49,912 nucleotides of DNA from Actinomycetes bacterium (GTDB lineage Bacteria > Actinomycetota > Actinomycetes > S36-B12), in contig JAUHZW010000001.1 of NCBI GenBank assembly GCA_030425745.1, forward strand, positions 1 through 49,912, given 5' to 3'. The notes beneath the pieces are model-generated. The model was not told the DNA's origin and made no database searches. It saw only the letters and a list, made by a program, of their open reading frames with translations. This document shows positions 11,657 through 21,001 of this stretch, piece by piece (the stretch's first letter is position 1; each line of letters starts with the position of its first letter). The position numbers and the translations under genes were made by a program.

Positions 11657-12169
11657 GTGAAGCGCACCCACCTCGCCGCCGCCCTCCTGCTGCCCGCCGC
11701 CGTGCTGCCCCTGACCGGCTGCTTCAACGGCCCGGATGCCACCACCACCACTCAGGCCGCCATGAACTCCGGCAATGGGGTGCAGGCCAAGCAGGGCGAC
11801 ATCCGCATCGAGAACGCCACCGTGGTGCTCACCGACGAGCCCGGCACCGCCACCCTGGTCGTGCGCCTCATCAATGTCGGCCTCGAGCCTGACCGCCTCA
11901 CCTACGCCACGATCAACGGCCAGCAGGCCGACTTCCTCGTCGCCGACGACTCCATGGACGTCGCCTCGGGCGTCGAGGTGACCCCGGGGCAGTCGGTCGG
12001 CTTCGGCTACGACAGCGACCTCTACATCAGCGTCCTCGAGGGCTTCGACGCCGAGGTCTCGACGTACGTGCCGCTCGAGCTCGGCTTCGCCACCGCCGGC
12101 TTGGCCAGCATGAGCGTCCTGACCGTGCCGGCCACCGGCTACTACGAGGGCATCACCGCCCGTCCGTAA
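11657..12169 (+). CDS. Lipoprotein, LpqE-like (PCuAC/DUF461-like beta-sandwich)
   Basis: Signal peptide with lipobox LPLTG|C. It is divergent from carD, the same position as lpqE in M. tuberculosis. GTG start. Confidence 0.6.
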   Translation: MKRTHLAAALLLPAAVLPLTGCFNGPDATTTTQAAMNSGNGVQAKQGDIRIENATVVLTDEPGTATLVVRLINVGLEPDRLTYATINGQQADFLVADDSMDVASGVEVTPGQSVGFGYDSDLYISVLEGFDAEVSTYVPLELGFATAGLASMSVLTVPATGYYEGITARP

Positions 12170-12178
12170 CAGGGTCGA

Positions 12179-12700
12179 TCAGTCGGCCGTGCCGACTCCG
12201 CGCGCGAACATGCTCGTGGTGAAGACATACGGCTGACCTTCGGCTCGGTCAGCGTCCAACCGGATGTCCACGCTGAGCGGCGCCACCCCCGCTATCGGGG
12301 CGAACCGCACACGCCGGAACGTGATCGGCGCGGTGTCGTAGGCCGTCGACGCACTGATGGTGAAGTGGGCCCGCTTGCCGCGCTTCAGGATGATCCGCTC
12401 ACGCGGCGGGTCGGGCGCCAGTGGTGTCGCCCCCTTGGCCTGGGCGAACACCTTGGTCCCTGACTTCGCGACCATGCGTGCCAGGAACGGGTAGCCAGAG
12501 ACGTAGCACCGTTTGCGGCCCGTCTTCCGCACCGTGATGTAGACGACCTGCTCGCTCATCCCGGCATCCGTGTCGGTCACCCTGGCCACGAGGTCGTCGC
12601 CGGTGCAGGGGGCGACGGCGGCGTGAGCGGTAGGGGCCGCGAGCAGGGAGCCGGCCGCGACGCCGATCGCCGACAGGGCACCGAGGAGGGCGGAACGCAT
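12179..12700 (-). CDS. Secreted DUF4232-family protein
   Basis: Start trimmed to the ATG at 12700 (MRSALLGALSAIGVAAGSLLAAPTAHA|AV signal peptide). Cys spacing is DUF4232-like (APCTGDDL...KRCYVSGYP). Confidence 0.6.
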   Translation of the reverse strand: MRSALLGALSAIGVAAGSLLAAPTAHAAVAPCTGDDLVARVTDTDAGMSEQVVYITVRKTGRKRCYVSGYPFLARMVAKSGTKVFAQAKGATPLAPDPPRERIILKRGKRAHFTISASTAYDTAPITFRRVRFAPIAGVAPLSVDIRLDADRAEGQPYVFTTSMFARGVGTAD

Positions 12701-12734
12701 GGCCGAAAAACCTACCGAGGATTCACGAGTCCAG

Positions 12735-12761
12735 CACCCCGAAGTGCCAGGCATCGGGGTG
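12735..12761 (-). terminator. Candidate stem-loop terminator downstream of regX3
   Basis: CACCCCGA-N11-TCGGGGTG, an 8-bp GC-rich stem located 56 nt after the regX3 stop. A U-run lies only about 24 nt further downstream, so this is not a canonical intrinsic terminator. Confidence 0.3.
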
Positions 12762-12817
12762 TCTACGGCTCGCATCCATGCGCCGCTGCTCTGGGGCTCG
12801 CTGGCGCTCACTCCTCG

Positions 12818-13498
12818 CTACGGCTCGAACTTGTACCCGAGTCCACGCACCGTCACCAGATGAACGGGCTTGCCCGGGTCCTCCTCGACCTTCGCGCGCA
12901 GGCGCTTCACGTGCACATCGAGGGTCTTGGTGTCGCCGACGTAGTCGGCGCCCCACACCCGGTCGATGAGCTGCGAACGGGTGAGCACCCGGCCGGAGTT
13001 GCGGACGAGCAGCTCGAGCAGATCGAACTCCTTCAGCGGCATGGACACGGTCTCACCACGCACCGTCACCACATGGCGGTCGATGTCCATCCGCACCGGG
13101 CCGGCCTCGACGGTGGCCGGAAGCAGTTCTTCCACCTCGCCGTGTCGGCGCAGCACCGACCGCACGCGGGCCAGCAGTTCGCGCGACGAGAACGGCTTGG
13201 TGACGTAGTCGTCCGCGCCCATCTCCAGCCCGACGACCTTGTCGATCTCACCGTCCTTGGCGGTGAGCATGATGATCGGCACCTGCGACTTGGTGCGGAT
13301 CGTCCGGCAGACCTCCAGCCCGGACATCCCGGGCAGCATCAGGTCGAGCAGGATGAGGTCGGCGCCGCGCTGGTCGAAGACGTCCAGTGCCTTGTTGCCT
13401 TCGTCGGCGACCTCGACCTCGTATCCCTCACGCTTGAGCATGAAGGACAGGGCCTCGGAGAAGGACTCCTCGTCCTCGACGACCATAATGCGGGTCAC
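12818..13498 (-). CDS. regX3: OmpR/PhoB-family response regulator RegX3 (PhoP-like)
   Basis: Receiver domain (ILLDLMLPGMSG, VVGLEMGADDYVTKPF) plus winged helix (RVWGADYVGDTKTLDVHVKRLRAKVE...VRGLGYKF). Closely resembles M. tuberculosis RegX3 as recalled. Confidence 0.9.
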   Translation of the reverse strand: MTRIMVVEDEESFSEALSFMLKREGYEVEVADEGNKALDVFDQRGADLILLDLMLPGMSGLEVCRTIRTKSQVPIIMLTAKDGEIDKVVGLEMGADDYVTKPFSSRELLARVRSVLRRHGEVEELLPATVEAGPVRMDIDRHVVTVRGETVSMPLKEFDLLELLVRNSGRVLTRSQLIDRVWGADYVGDTKTLDVHVKRLRAKVEEDPGKPVHLVTVRGLGYKFEP

Positions 13499-14715
13499 GA
13501 CTGCACCTCTTCTGCCGGTGTGCTGATGATGTCAAGGTCGAGCTCGTCGTCAGGACCGGGGGACGACGGAACGTAGCGAGGCAGGCGCAGCGTGAAGGTC
13601 GAGCCGACCCCGACCTCGGACCAGACCGTGCACTCGCCACCGTGGTTCTGCGTCACGTGCTTCACGATGGCCAGTCCGAGCCCCGTGCCGCCGGTGATGC
13701 GGGAGCGGGCCGGATCGACCCGGTAGAAGCGCTCGAAGACGCGGTCGAGGTCATTGCCGGCGATGCCGATGCCCTGATCCTTCACCGCGATCTCGACGAC
13801 CGAGTCATCCACCCGCATGCCGACGGCCACCCGGGTGTGATCCGGAGAGTAGGCGATGGCGTTCGCCAGCAGGTTCCGCAGCGCGGCCAGCAACTGCCGC
13901 TCATCCCCGTAGACCAGGCTGTCGGTGGGATCGCTGAGCTCGAGCTCGATCTCCTGGCGTGCCGCCAGCGTGCGAACCTCGTCCACCGCCCGATTGACGA
14001 GCTCATCCACGCTGACGACCTCGGCACGGGTCATCGGGTCGTCACCCTGCAGACGCGACAGGTCTATGACGTCCTGCACGAGCGTGCTCAACCGGCTGGC
14101 CTCGACCTGCATGCGCTCGGCGAAGTGCCGCACCTGCTCCTCGTCGTCAGCCGCCGCAAGGACGGCCTCGGCGAGCAGCGAGATGGCACCGACCGGGGTC
14201 TTGAGCTCATGGCTGACGTTGGCGACGAAGTCCCGGCGGACGACGTCGACGCGACGCTCCTCCGCGAGGTCATCGATCAGGACGAGGATGGCGCCCGTGC
14301 CGAGTGCGGCGACCCGCACGCGCAGCTCGAGCAGCTCACGCCCGAGCGGTGGGCGCCGCACGCGCATCTCGACCTCACGGGCATGGCCGTCGCCCGCAGC
14401 ACGGTCGATCAGATGGCGGATGTCCGGGACGGTGACAGCGTCACGGTTCACCAGGCCCAAGCCCGTCGCCCGCGCATTGGCTCGAAGGACGGTGCCATCG
14501 GGGGCGACGACGAGCGAGGCCGACGGCAGCACATTGAGGACGCGGATGACCTCTGAGGACACATCGGGGACATCGCCGCGGACGGAGACCGGGCTCAGGG
14601 CGTCGCCGGCAGCATTCTCAGGTGGCACACCGCAAGGATAGGAGCGAAACACGCCACGCCCCGCCTGACAGGGCTCCACAGACACAGGATTCACGAAGGG
14701 TTCGGCCCACGACAC
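13495..14715 (-). CDS. senX3: Sensor histidine kinase SenX3/PhoR-like, apparently lacking transmembrane segments
   Basis: H-box FVANVSHELKTPV, N-box LLANAIAYSP, and G-boxes DQGIGI and GGTGLGLAIVKH. A PAS-like N-terminal region is present. The start is uncertain: in-frame GTGs occur at 14715, 14694, 14685, 14679, 14652 and 14628. Confidence 0.85.
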   Translation of the reverse strand: MSWAEPFVNPVSVEPCQAGRGVFRSYPCGVPPENAAGDALSPVSVRGDVPDVSSEVIRVLNVLPSASLVVAPDGTVLRANARATGLGLVNRDAVTVPDIRHLIDRAAGDGHAREVEMRVRRPPLGRELLELRVRVAALGTGAILVLIDDLAEERRVDVVRRDFVANVSHELKTPVGAISLLAEAVLAAADDEEQVRHFAERMQVEASRLSTLVQDVIDLSRLQGDDPMTRAEVVSVDELVNRAVDEVRTLAARQEIELELSDPTDSLVYGDERQLLAALRNLLANAIAYSPDHTRVAVGMRVDDSVVEIAVKDQGIGIAGNDLDRVFERFYRVDPARSRITGGTGLGLAIVKHVTQNHGGECTVWSEVGVGSTFTLRLPRYVPSSPGPDDELDLDIISTPAEEVQS

Positions 14716-14749
14716 CCCCTATTCATCAGAACGCCGCGTGGCGTTCACT
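14689..14749. promoter_or_regulatory. Candidate PHO-box-like phased direct repeats in the senX3/phoU divergent region
   Basis: (A/G)TTCA-type hexamers at 14689 (ATTCAC), 14700 (GTTCGG), 14711 (GACACC), 14721 (ATTCAT) and 14743 (GTTCAC). Spacing is roughly 11 nt, like the 11-nt direct repeat units bound by PhoP/RegX3-type regulators. The array overlaps the longest possible senX3 reading frame. Confidence 0.25.
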
Positions 14750-14811
14750 CCGTGCCGACGTGTTGTTGTCCGGTGCGCGTACCCTTGCAGGAACATCAGG
14801 ACAGGGGATCG

Positions 14812-15468
14812 ATGAACGCCGAACTGACCCAGCACCTCGAGGACGTCCAGGACGACCTCGTGCGGATGACTCAACTGGTCGGCTCCGCCATGAACCGGGC
14901 CACCCAGGCCCTGCTCGACGCCGATCTTGCGATGGCGGAGTCCGTCATCGCCGCTGACGCCCAGGTCGACCTGCTCTTCAGCGATCTCGAGGACCAGTGC
15001 CTCGATGCGATCGCCCTGAACTCCCCCAGCCGCGGTGAGCTTCCCGAGCTGATCGGTGCTCTGCGCATCGCCGCGTCGCTCGAGCGCATGGGTGACCTCG
15101 CCGAGCACGTGGCCAAGCAGGCCCGCCTGCGCTACCCACGGCTCTCGATTCCGCAGGAACTGCGCGGCACCTTCGCCGAGATGGGCGGCCTCGCCGAGGC
15201 CATCGTCTCCAAGACCGGCTCGGTCATCTCGTCCAAGAACGTCGCGCTGGCGGCCGACATCGGCCGGCATGACGGTGAGGTCGACCGGCTGCACCGTGAG
15301 CTGTTCACCATCGTGCTCTCCCCGGCGTGGCCCCACGGAGTCGAGGCGGCCATCGACGTGACCCTGCTCTCGCGCTACTACGAGCGCTATGCCGACCACG
15401 CGGTGTCCGTGACCCGGCGGGTCATCACGATCGTCACCGGAGAGCCCTACGTGGGCGTGTCCCTGTGA
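14812..15468 (+). CDS. phoU: Phosphate signalling regulator PhoU (PhoY-like)
   Basis: Trimmed to the ATG at 14812 with an upstream AGGGGA. Two PhoU repeats are present (ERMGDLAEHVA and ERYADHAVSV). Divergent from the senX3-regX3 operon. Confidence 0.9.
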   Translation: MNAELTQHLEDVQDDLVRMTQLVGSAMNRATQALLDADLAMAESVIAADAQVDLLFSDLEDQCLDAIALNSPSRGELPELIGALRIAASLERMGDLAEHVAKQARLRYPRLSIPQELRGTFAEMGGLAEAIVSKTGSVISSKNVALAADIGRHDGEVDRLHRELFTIVLSPAWPHGVEAAIDVTLLSRYYERYADHAVSVTRRVITIVTGEPYVGVSL

Positions 15469-15507
15469 ACATGAACGGCAGGTGAACAGCCTCGTCCGTG
15501 TGATCGG

Positions 15508-16851
15508 GTGGCCCCGAACCGCGGACTGCGGAAGACTGCCCCGGTGACCTCCCCGTCCCTGCTGTCGGCTCGACGCACCCGTCGACCCCATCGCGTGGCG
15601 GTCCTGTCGATCCACACCTCTCCTCTCGACCAGCCCGGCACCGGCGATGCCGGTGGCATGAACGTCTACGTCGTCGAGACGGCCAAGCGACTGGCCGAGG
15701 CCGGCACCGAGGTCGAGATCTTCACCCGAGCCACGTCCTCGGACCTGCCTCCCCTCGTCGAGATGGCTCCCGGTGTGCAGGTGCGGCACGTCACCGCTGG
15801 ACCCTTCGAAGGCCTGAACAAGCAGGATCTGCCCGGGCAGCTCTGCGCCGTGACGGCCGGCCTGCTCCGCGCGGAGGCGGCGCGCCCCGAGGGCTGGTTC
15901 AACCTCATCCACTCCCACTACTGGCTGTCCGGTCAGGTGGGCTGGCTGGCGGCCGAGCGATGGAACGTCCCCCTGGTGCACTCCATGCACACCATGGCCA
16001 AGGTCAAGAACCGCGATCTCTCCCCGGGAGACTCCCCCGAGCCGGCTCTTCGCGTGATCGGTGAGGAGCAGGTCGTGCTCGCCGCCGATCGACTCATCGC
16101 CAACACCGACGACGAGGCACATGAGCTCATCGACCTGTACGGGGCCGAACCCGATCACGTTGATGTGGTGCATCCGGGAGTCGACCTCGAGCGCTTCACT
16201 CCCGGCAGCCGCGCAGCAGCCCGTCAGCGCCACGACGTCGCCGATGACGCGATCGTCCTGCTCTTCGTCGGACGCATCCAGCCGCTCAAGGCCCCCGACA
16301 TCCTGGTGAAAGCGGCTGCGGAGCTGATCTCCGCCGAACCGAGCGTGCGCGATCGGCTCCAGGTCGTGATCTGCGGCGGCCCGTCGGGATCCGGACTGGA
16401 GCGGCCGACCGCGCTCATGGATCTCGCGCGGCAGCTCGGCATCGACGATCTGGTCCGGTTCGAGCCCCCATCTGACCGGGCATCGCTGGTCGACTGGTAT
16501 CGAGCAGCCGACGTGACCGTCGTGCCGTCTCACTCGGAGTCCTTCGGCCTCGTGGCCGTGGAGTCCCAGGCCTGCGGAACGCCGGTCGTGGCCGCTGCCG
16601 TGGGCGGCCTGCGCACCGCAGTCGCCGATCAGGTCAGCGGCCTGCTGGTCGATACCCACAGCCCTCGCGACTTCGCCCATGCCATCTCCACGATCGTGCA
16701 TCAGCCGCGGCTACGCGACGAGTTCGCGCACGGAGCGCACATGCACGCGGCAGCCTTCGGCTGGGCAGCGACCACCGCCGGCCTGCTGAACAGTTACTCG
16801 GCCGCCATGGCCAACGCCGCGCCGCTGTCTCTCACCGCCCAGCGGTCATGA
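15508..16851 (+). CDS. mshA: D-inositol-3-phosphate glycosyltransferase (mycothiol biosynthesis)
   Basis: [32 protein letters not shown] and [23 protein letters not shown]4 fold with strong resemblance to MshA. Confidence 0.9.
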   Translation: MAPNRGLRKTAPVTSPSLLSARRTRRPHRVAVLSIHTSPLDQPGTGDAGGMNVYVVETAKRLAEAGTEVEIFTRATSSDLPPLVEMAPGVQVRHVTAGPFEGLNKQDLPGQLCAVTAGLLRAEAARPEGWFNLIHSHYWLSGQVGWLAAERWNVPLVHSMHTMAKVKNRDLSPGDSPEPALRVIGEEQVVLAADRLIANTDDEAHELIDLYGAEPDHVDVVHPGVDLERFTPGSRAAARQRHDVADDAIVLLFVGRIQPLKAPDILVKAAAELISAEPSVRDRLQVVICGGPSGSGLERPTALMDLARQLGIDDLVRFEPPSDRASLVDWYRAADVTVVPSHSESFGLVAVESQACGTPVVAAAVGGLRTAVADQVSGLLVDTHSPRDFAHAISTIVHQPRLRDEFAHGAHMHAAAFGWAATTAGLLNSYSAAMANAAPLSLTAQRS

Positions 16852-17360
16852 GCCGAGAGGCGGCCGTCACGGCCGTTCAGGAGTTCCTCGCCGCCTCGGG
16901 TCTGGAGTGGGAGGCACCCGACGCCAGCACGTTCGTCGTGACGCTGCCCGGTGAGCGCAAGCTCATGACGACCACGTCGATCACGCTCGGAGAGCACGCC
17001 GCGACCATCAATGCGTTCGTCGCCCGCAATCCTGACGAGAACCACGAGGCCGTCTACCGGTGGCTGCTGGAGCGCAATCGCCGGACCTACGGCGTCTCGT
17101 TCGCGATCGACCACCTGGGCGACATCTACCTCGTCGGTCGACTTCCCCTCGCCGCGATCACGGTGGAGGAGCTCGACCAGCTGATGGGCGCCGTGCTGGA
17201 GTACTCGGACGGCTCGTTCAACACCCTCCTGGAGTTGGGGTTCGCGTCCAGCATTCGCCGGGAATGGCAGTGGCGTACGGAGCGGGGGCTGCCCACCGGA
17301 AACCTCGCCGCCTTCACCCACCTCTTCGAGTCGAACGTGCCCGGACCGGCGGCGGACTGA
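16848..17360 (+). CDS. YbjN-domain protein (Rv0487-like)
   Basis: 170 aa. ATGA overlap with the mshA stop, and the same position as Rv0487 downstream of mshA. Confidence 0.6.
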   Translation: MSREAAVTAVQEFLAASGLEWEAPDASTFVVTLPGERKLMTTTSITLGEHAATINAFVARNPDENHEAVYRWLLERNRRTYGVSFAIDHLGDIYLVGRLPLAAITVEELDQLMGAVLEYSDGSFNTLLELGFASSIRREWQWRTERGLPTGNLAAFTHLFESNVPGPAAD

Positions 17361-17367
17361 GCGATCG

Positions 17368-18522
17368 ATGCGCTACCGGATCCCCAAGGTCGGCTGGCTG
17401 GAGCTGCTGCAGGATCTCGTGATCGTCGTCCTGGCGATGTCCCTCTTCTCCGGCCTGCAGTTCAGCTGGGAGTCGACCTGGGTCATCTGGTACCTCGTGG
17501 CCATCGTCTACGTGTTCGGAGCGTGGGCGGCCTGGGTCCTCGCCAGCAACCGATTCCCCGACGACGGCATCGTCGTCCAACTCCTGACGATGGTCTGGAT
17601 CGTCGGTGCCATGGTCGCGGCCACGGGCACCCTGTGGCACGGCTGGAGCACGGAGGAGACCCTCAACGGCGGCATGGCGCTGGCCTTCCTCGCCCTCGCG
17701 CTCCGTTACGCGTACGCGGGGATGCAGTCGGCCGACTCCCGACGCGCCACCACCCTGGGCGCCGCCCTCAGCCTGCTCGCGTCGGGGATCCTGGCCGCCG
17801 GAACCTTCACCCTGCCGTACGTCGCCATGGCGGTCGGGCCGGCCATCGGGCTGGTGGGCATCCTGGTGGTGTTCCCCCGACTGCTCCCCCCTGATGCCAC
17901 CATCAGCGCCCACCATCTGCGCGAGCGTCTCGGCCAGTTCGTCCTCATCCTGCTGGGCGACACCTTCCTTGAGATCGTCATCGGCAAGGAGCGCGGCGGC
18001 ACCTTCTCGTTCGCGGGCATCGCGCTCGCCGCCGCGGCGGTGTTCCTGCTCTGGCGCGCATACTTCATCCACGTGCTGCCCACCGGCCCGCCGGCACGGG
18101 TGCGACGGATGCAGGGGTGGCTGCTGCTGCACCTGCCCCTGATCATCGGTGTGGGACTGACGTCCGTGACGCTCGCCGCGAACGCCGTCCCGCTGCCTGC
18201 GGCTGTCGTCGAGGAACTCGAGGCCTACACCGAAGACGTCGGCTTCCTGACCTCTCTCGGCATCGCCTACCTCGGCCTTGCCGCGGTGACCGCGGCGTCG
18301 GCGGGATGGCGCAACCGCTCCACGGTGGTGCATGCAGGACTCGGCATCGTCTTCCTCGTCCTGCACTTCCTCCCGCTGGACGATGACTTCTCCGTCAGCG
18401 AGGCGGCGATCGCCGCACTCGCGCTCATGATCGTCGCGGAGGTGTCCCTGAGCCGCTCGCGCCCGACGACGGACACCACCATGAGCGACGAGGGGGCCGA
18501 CTCCGGCAGGATGGCCCCATGA
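17368..18522 (+). CDS. Polytopic membrane protein, low-temperature-requirement A (LtrA)-like
   Basis: 384 aa with about 10-11 hydrophobic helices. The N-terminus [14 protein letters not shown] resembles the LtrA ELFFDLVFV motif. Assignment is tentative. Confidence 0.45.
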   Translation: MRYRIPKVGWLELLQDLVIVVLAMSLFSGLQFSWESTWVIWYLVAIVYVFGAWAAWVLASNRFPDDGIVVQLLTMVWIVGAMVAATGTLWHGWSTEETLNGGMALAFLALALRYAYAGMQSADSRRATTLGAALSLLASGILAAGTFTLPYVAMAVGPAIGLVGILVVFPRLLPPDATISAHHLRERLGQFVLILLGDTFLEIVIGKERGGTFSFAGIALAAAAVFLLWRAYFIHVLPTGPPARVRRMQGWLLLHLPLIIGVGLTSVTLAANAVPLPAAVVEELEAYTEDVGFLTSLGIAYLGLAAVTAASAGWRNRSTVVHAGLGIVFLVLHFLPLDDDFSVSEAAIAALALMIVAEVSLSRSRPTTDTTMSDEGADSGRMAP

Positions 18523-19280
18523 GCGATGCGCCCTACACCCTGATCCTGCTCCGCCACGGCGAGAGCGAGTGGAACGCCAAGAACCTCTTCACCGGGTGGG
18601 TCGACGTCGACCTCAATGAGAAGGGGCGCGGCGAGGCGCAGCGCGGGGGCGAACTGCTGGCCGAGGCCGGCCTGCTCCCGGACGTCGTCCACACCTCGCT
18701 GCTCAAGCGGGCGATCAAGACCTCGCAGATCGCCCTCGAGGCCGCCGATCGCATGTGGATCCCGGTGCGCCGCAACTGGCGGCTGAATGAGCGGCACTAC
18801 GGCGCGCTGCAGGGCAAGAACAAGAAGGAGACCCTCGACGAGTTCGGCGAGGACCAGTTCATGCTGTGGCGTCGCTCATACGACACCCCGCCCCCGCCGA
18901 TCGATCCTGAGGACCCGTGGGCGCAGACGCATGACGCCCGATACGCCGCGCTGCCGCCCGAGGCGCGGCCGGCGACGGAGTGCCTCGCGGACGTCGTGAA
19001 GCGACTCATCCCCTATTGGGAGGACGTCATCGTCGGCGAGGACCTCCGCGCCGGCAAGACCGTTCTCGTTGCGGCGCACGGCAATTCGCTGCGCGCTCTG
19101 GTGAAGCATCTCGACGGCATCTCCGACGAGGACATCGCTGGGCTGAACATCCCGACGGGCATCCCCCTCGTCTACCGACTGGATGAGAACCTCAAGCCGA
19201 TCGTCCCGGGCGGGGAGTACCTCGATCCCGATGCCGCCGCCGAGGCTGCCGCGGCCGTCGCTGCGCAGGGCAAGAAGTAG
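18519..19280 (+). CDS. gpmA: 2,3-bisphosphoglycerate-dependent phosphoglycerate mutase
   Basis: [25 protein letters not shown] (RHG histidine phosphatase motif) and [14 protein letters not shown] overlap with the preceding gene. Confidence 0.95.
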   Translation: MSDAPYTLILLRHGESEWNAKNLFTGWVDVDLNEKGRGEAQRGGELLAEAGLLPDVVHTSLLKRAIKTSQIALEAADRMWIPVRRNWRLNERHYGALQGKNKKETLDEFGEDQFMLWRRSYDTPPPPIDPEDPWAQTHDARYAALPPEARPATECLADVVKRLIPYWEDVIVGEDLRAGKTVLVAAHGNSLRALVKHLDGISDEDIAGLNIPTGIPLVYRLDENLKPIVPGGEYLDPDAAAEAAAAVAAQGKK

Positions 19281-19282
19281 CC

Positions 19283-20011
19283 ATGGGCAGCGCCCGCACA
19301 CATCGCCTGGACCTGGCCGACGCGACGCTGCGGGAGTGGGACGCCACCGTCCTGCACAGCGATCCCGACGAGGGAATCGTGCTCGACCGCTCGGCCTTCT
19401 ATCCCGGTGGCGGTGGCCAGCCGCCGGATCATGGCGTGCTGCTGTGGGGTGGTGTGCAGACCCGGATCGTCGACGTCCGTCGTGGCGATGACCTCTACTT
19501 GGTGCCTCTGGACGGCGACCCGCTTCCGCCGGTGGGCACGAGTGTCACCGGTGCCATCGAGGATGACCGCCGCACCGCGCTGATGCGCACGCATTCGGGG
19601 CTGCACCTGCTCTCGGGCGTCGTCTTCCGTGATTTCGGAGCGCTCGTGACGGGATCGAACATGGACCCGCTCACCGGCCGGTTGGACTTCAACCTTGAGC
19701 AGGTGCCCGAGGGCTTCAAGGAATCCGTTGAGGCGGCCTGCAACGTCGAAGTCGAGACCGACCGCGCGATCGAGGCCTATGAGCTCGACCGCGAGGAGGC
19801 CTTCGCGATCCCGGACATCATCCGCACGGCGACGAACCTGCTGCCGGCCGACATCGAGATCGTGCGCATCGTCGACATCAAGGGCCTGGACGTGCAGGCC
19901 GACGGCGGCACGCATGTGGCCTCGACCCGGCAGATCGGTCGGATGAAGGTCGTCAAGGTCGAGAACAAGGGCAAGGGGTTCCGGCGCATCCGCGTCGCCC
20001 TGGAGGACTAG
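19283..20011 (+). CDS. AlaX-like alanyl-tRNA editing protein (tRNA_SAD domain)
   Basis: FYPGGGGQP, HSGLHLL (HxxxH) and DGGTHV motifs. 242 aa. Confidence 0.75.
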   Translation: MGSARTHRLDLADATLREWDATVLHSDPDEGIVLDRSAFYPGGGGQPPDHGVLLWGGVQTRIVDVRRGDDLYLVPLDGDPLPPVGTSVTGAIEDDRRTALMRTHSGLHLLSGVVFRDFGALVTGSNMDPLTGRLDFNLEQVPEGFKESVEAACNVEVETDRAIEAYELDREEAFAIPDIIRTATNLLPADIEIVRIVDIKGLDVQADGGTHVASTRQIGRMKVVKVENKGKGFRRIRVALED

Positions 20012-20541
20012 CCGTTCTCGACGGCAGCAGCGAAGGCGCGCTGCGCGTCGTCGTTGAACACCACGAATCTCACACGCTCCACGTGAGTCGACGGATGGAG
20101 TTCGCACCAGCGGCGGACTGCATCCACGGCGATCGGGGCAGCATCTGCCGCCGCCCATCCGTAGACACCACAGGAGATCGCCGGGAAGGCCACCGTGCGG
20201 GCACCCGCGTCAGCCGCCGCACCGAGGCTTGCGGTGTGGCACTGCGCCAACAGGTCTACGCCGCCATCCGGATGTTCCCAGTGCTTCGGGCCGACCGTGT
20301 GGATGACCATCCCGGCCGGCAGGCGCCCCGCCGTCGTGGCGACCGCATGCCCGGTGGGCAGGCCATCGGGCAGCACGGTGGCCCGCAGTGCGCGGCACTC
20401 GTCGAGGATCGCGGGACCCCCCGCGGCATGGATCGCGCCGTCGACCCCGCCCCCGCCCAGGAGCGAGGAGTTGGCGGCGTTGACGATCGCATCGCTGTCG
20501 TCGACGGTGATGTCGCCCTGGAGGACCTCGATGAGCGCCAT
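20008..20541 (-). CDS. Macro-domain protein (O-acetyl-ADP-ribose deacetylase, YmdB-like)
   Basis: Trimmed to the ATG at 20541: MALIEVLQGDITVDDSDAIVNAANSSLLGGGGVDGAIHAAGG. This is the canonical macro domain N-terminus. Confidence 0.85.
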   Translation of the reverse strand: MALIEVLQGDITVDDSDAIVNAANSSLLGGGGVDGAIHAAGGPAILDECRALRATVLPDGLPTGHAVATTAGRLPAGMVIHTVGPKHWEHPDGGVDLLAQCHTASLGAAADAGARTVAFPAISCGVYGWAAADAAPIAVDAVRRWCELHPSTHVERVRFVVFNDDAQRAFAAAVENG

Positions 20542-20546
20542 GGCGA

Positions 20547-20831
20547 CTAGCGGCCGCCGGTGATCCCGACGATCTTGGGCCGGATGTCGAACAGATAGAT
20601 CAGGGCGACGACGATGCCGGCCAGGCCGATGAGACCGAGGGTCGAGCCCATGAGCAGGCCGGTGCCGGCCGCGAGTCCGGTCAGGATCAGCCACAGGACC
20701 TTGCTCTGGCGACCCACCGCGGGGAAGGCCTGCGATGGCCGTCGGATGCAGTCGATGAAGGCGAATGCCTTCACGGCGAGCATGACAGCCCAGAGGACGA
20801 GGATCAGCAGGCCCTGCACGGTGTCGAACAC
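20547..20831 (-). CDS. DUF2516-family small membrane protein (Rv0476 position)
   Basis: About 94 aa from the GTG at 20831, with three hydrophobic helices and a C-terminal YLFDIRPKI motif. The longer track ORF would read into the 19-bp repeat array. Confidence 0.55.
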   Translation of the reverse strand: MFDTVQGLLILVLWAVMLAVKAFAFIDCIRRPSQAFPAVGRQSKVLWLILTGLAAGTGLLMGSTLGLIGLAGIVVALIYLFDIRPKIVGITGGR

Positions 20832-20909
20832 CCCGCCACGGTAACCCACGCAGACCGAGGGCCGCGAGCGGAGGATCACTCCGATCGCGGCCCCGGAATC
20901 CTGCGGGCT

Positions 20910-20958
20910 GTGACCACTCGAACGGCTAGTGACCACTCGAACGGCCAGTGACCACTCG
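20910..20958. repeat. 19-bp tandem repeat array C (about 2.6 copies of GTGACCACTCGAACGGC[T/C]A)
   Basis: Direct reading gives copies at 20910-20928 and 20929-20947, plus a partial copy at 20948-20958. It is intergenic, between the DUF2516 gene and the repeat-protein gene. Confidence 0.9.
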
Positions 20959-20990
20959 CGGGGGGGGTGTTGAGAGGTCGGGCCCCCGCG
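20957..20990 (-). terminator. Candidate GC-rich stem-loop downstream of the 21002-21541 gene
   Basis: CGCGGGGG (20957-20964) pairs with CCCCCGCG (20983-20990) across an 18-nt loop. There is no U-tract. Confidence 0.25.
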
Positions 20991-21001
20991 CTTCTCACGG
21001 G

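Noticed and set aside
14719-16701. 660-aa minus-strand ORF, the longest of several very long track ORFs
   Set aside because: It lies antisense to the strongly supported phoU and mshA genes. Its Arg/Gly/Asp/His-rich composition has no recognisable motifs. This is a typical shadow ORF of a very GC-rich genome.
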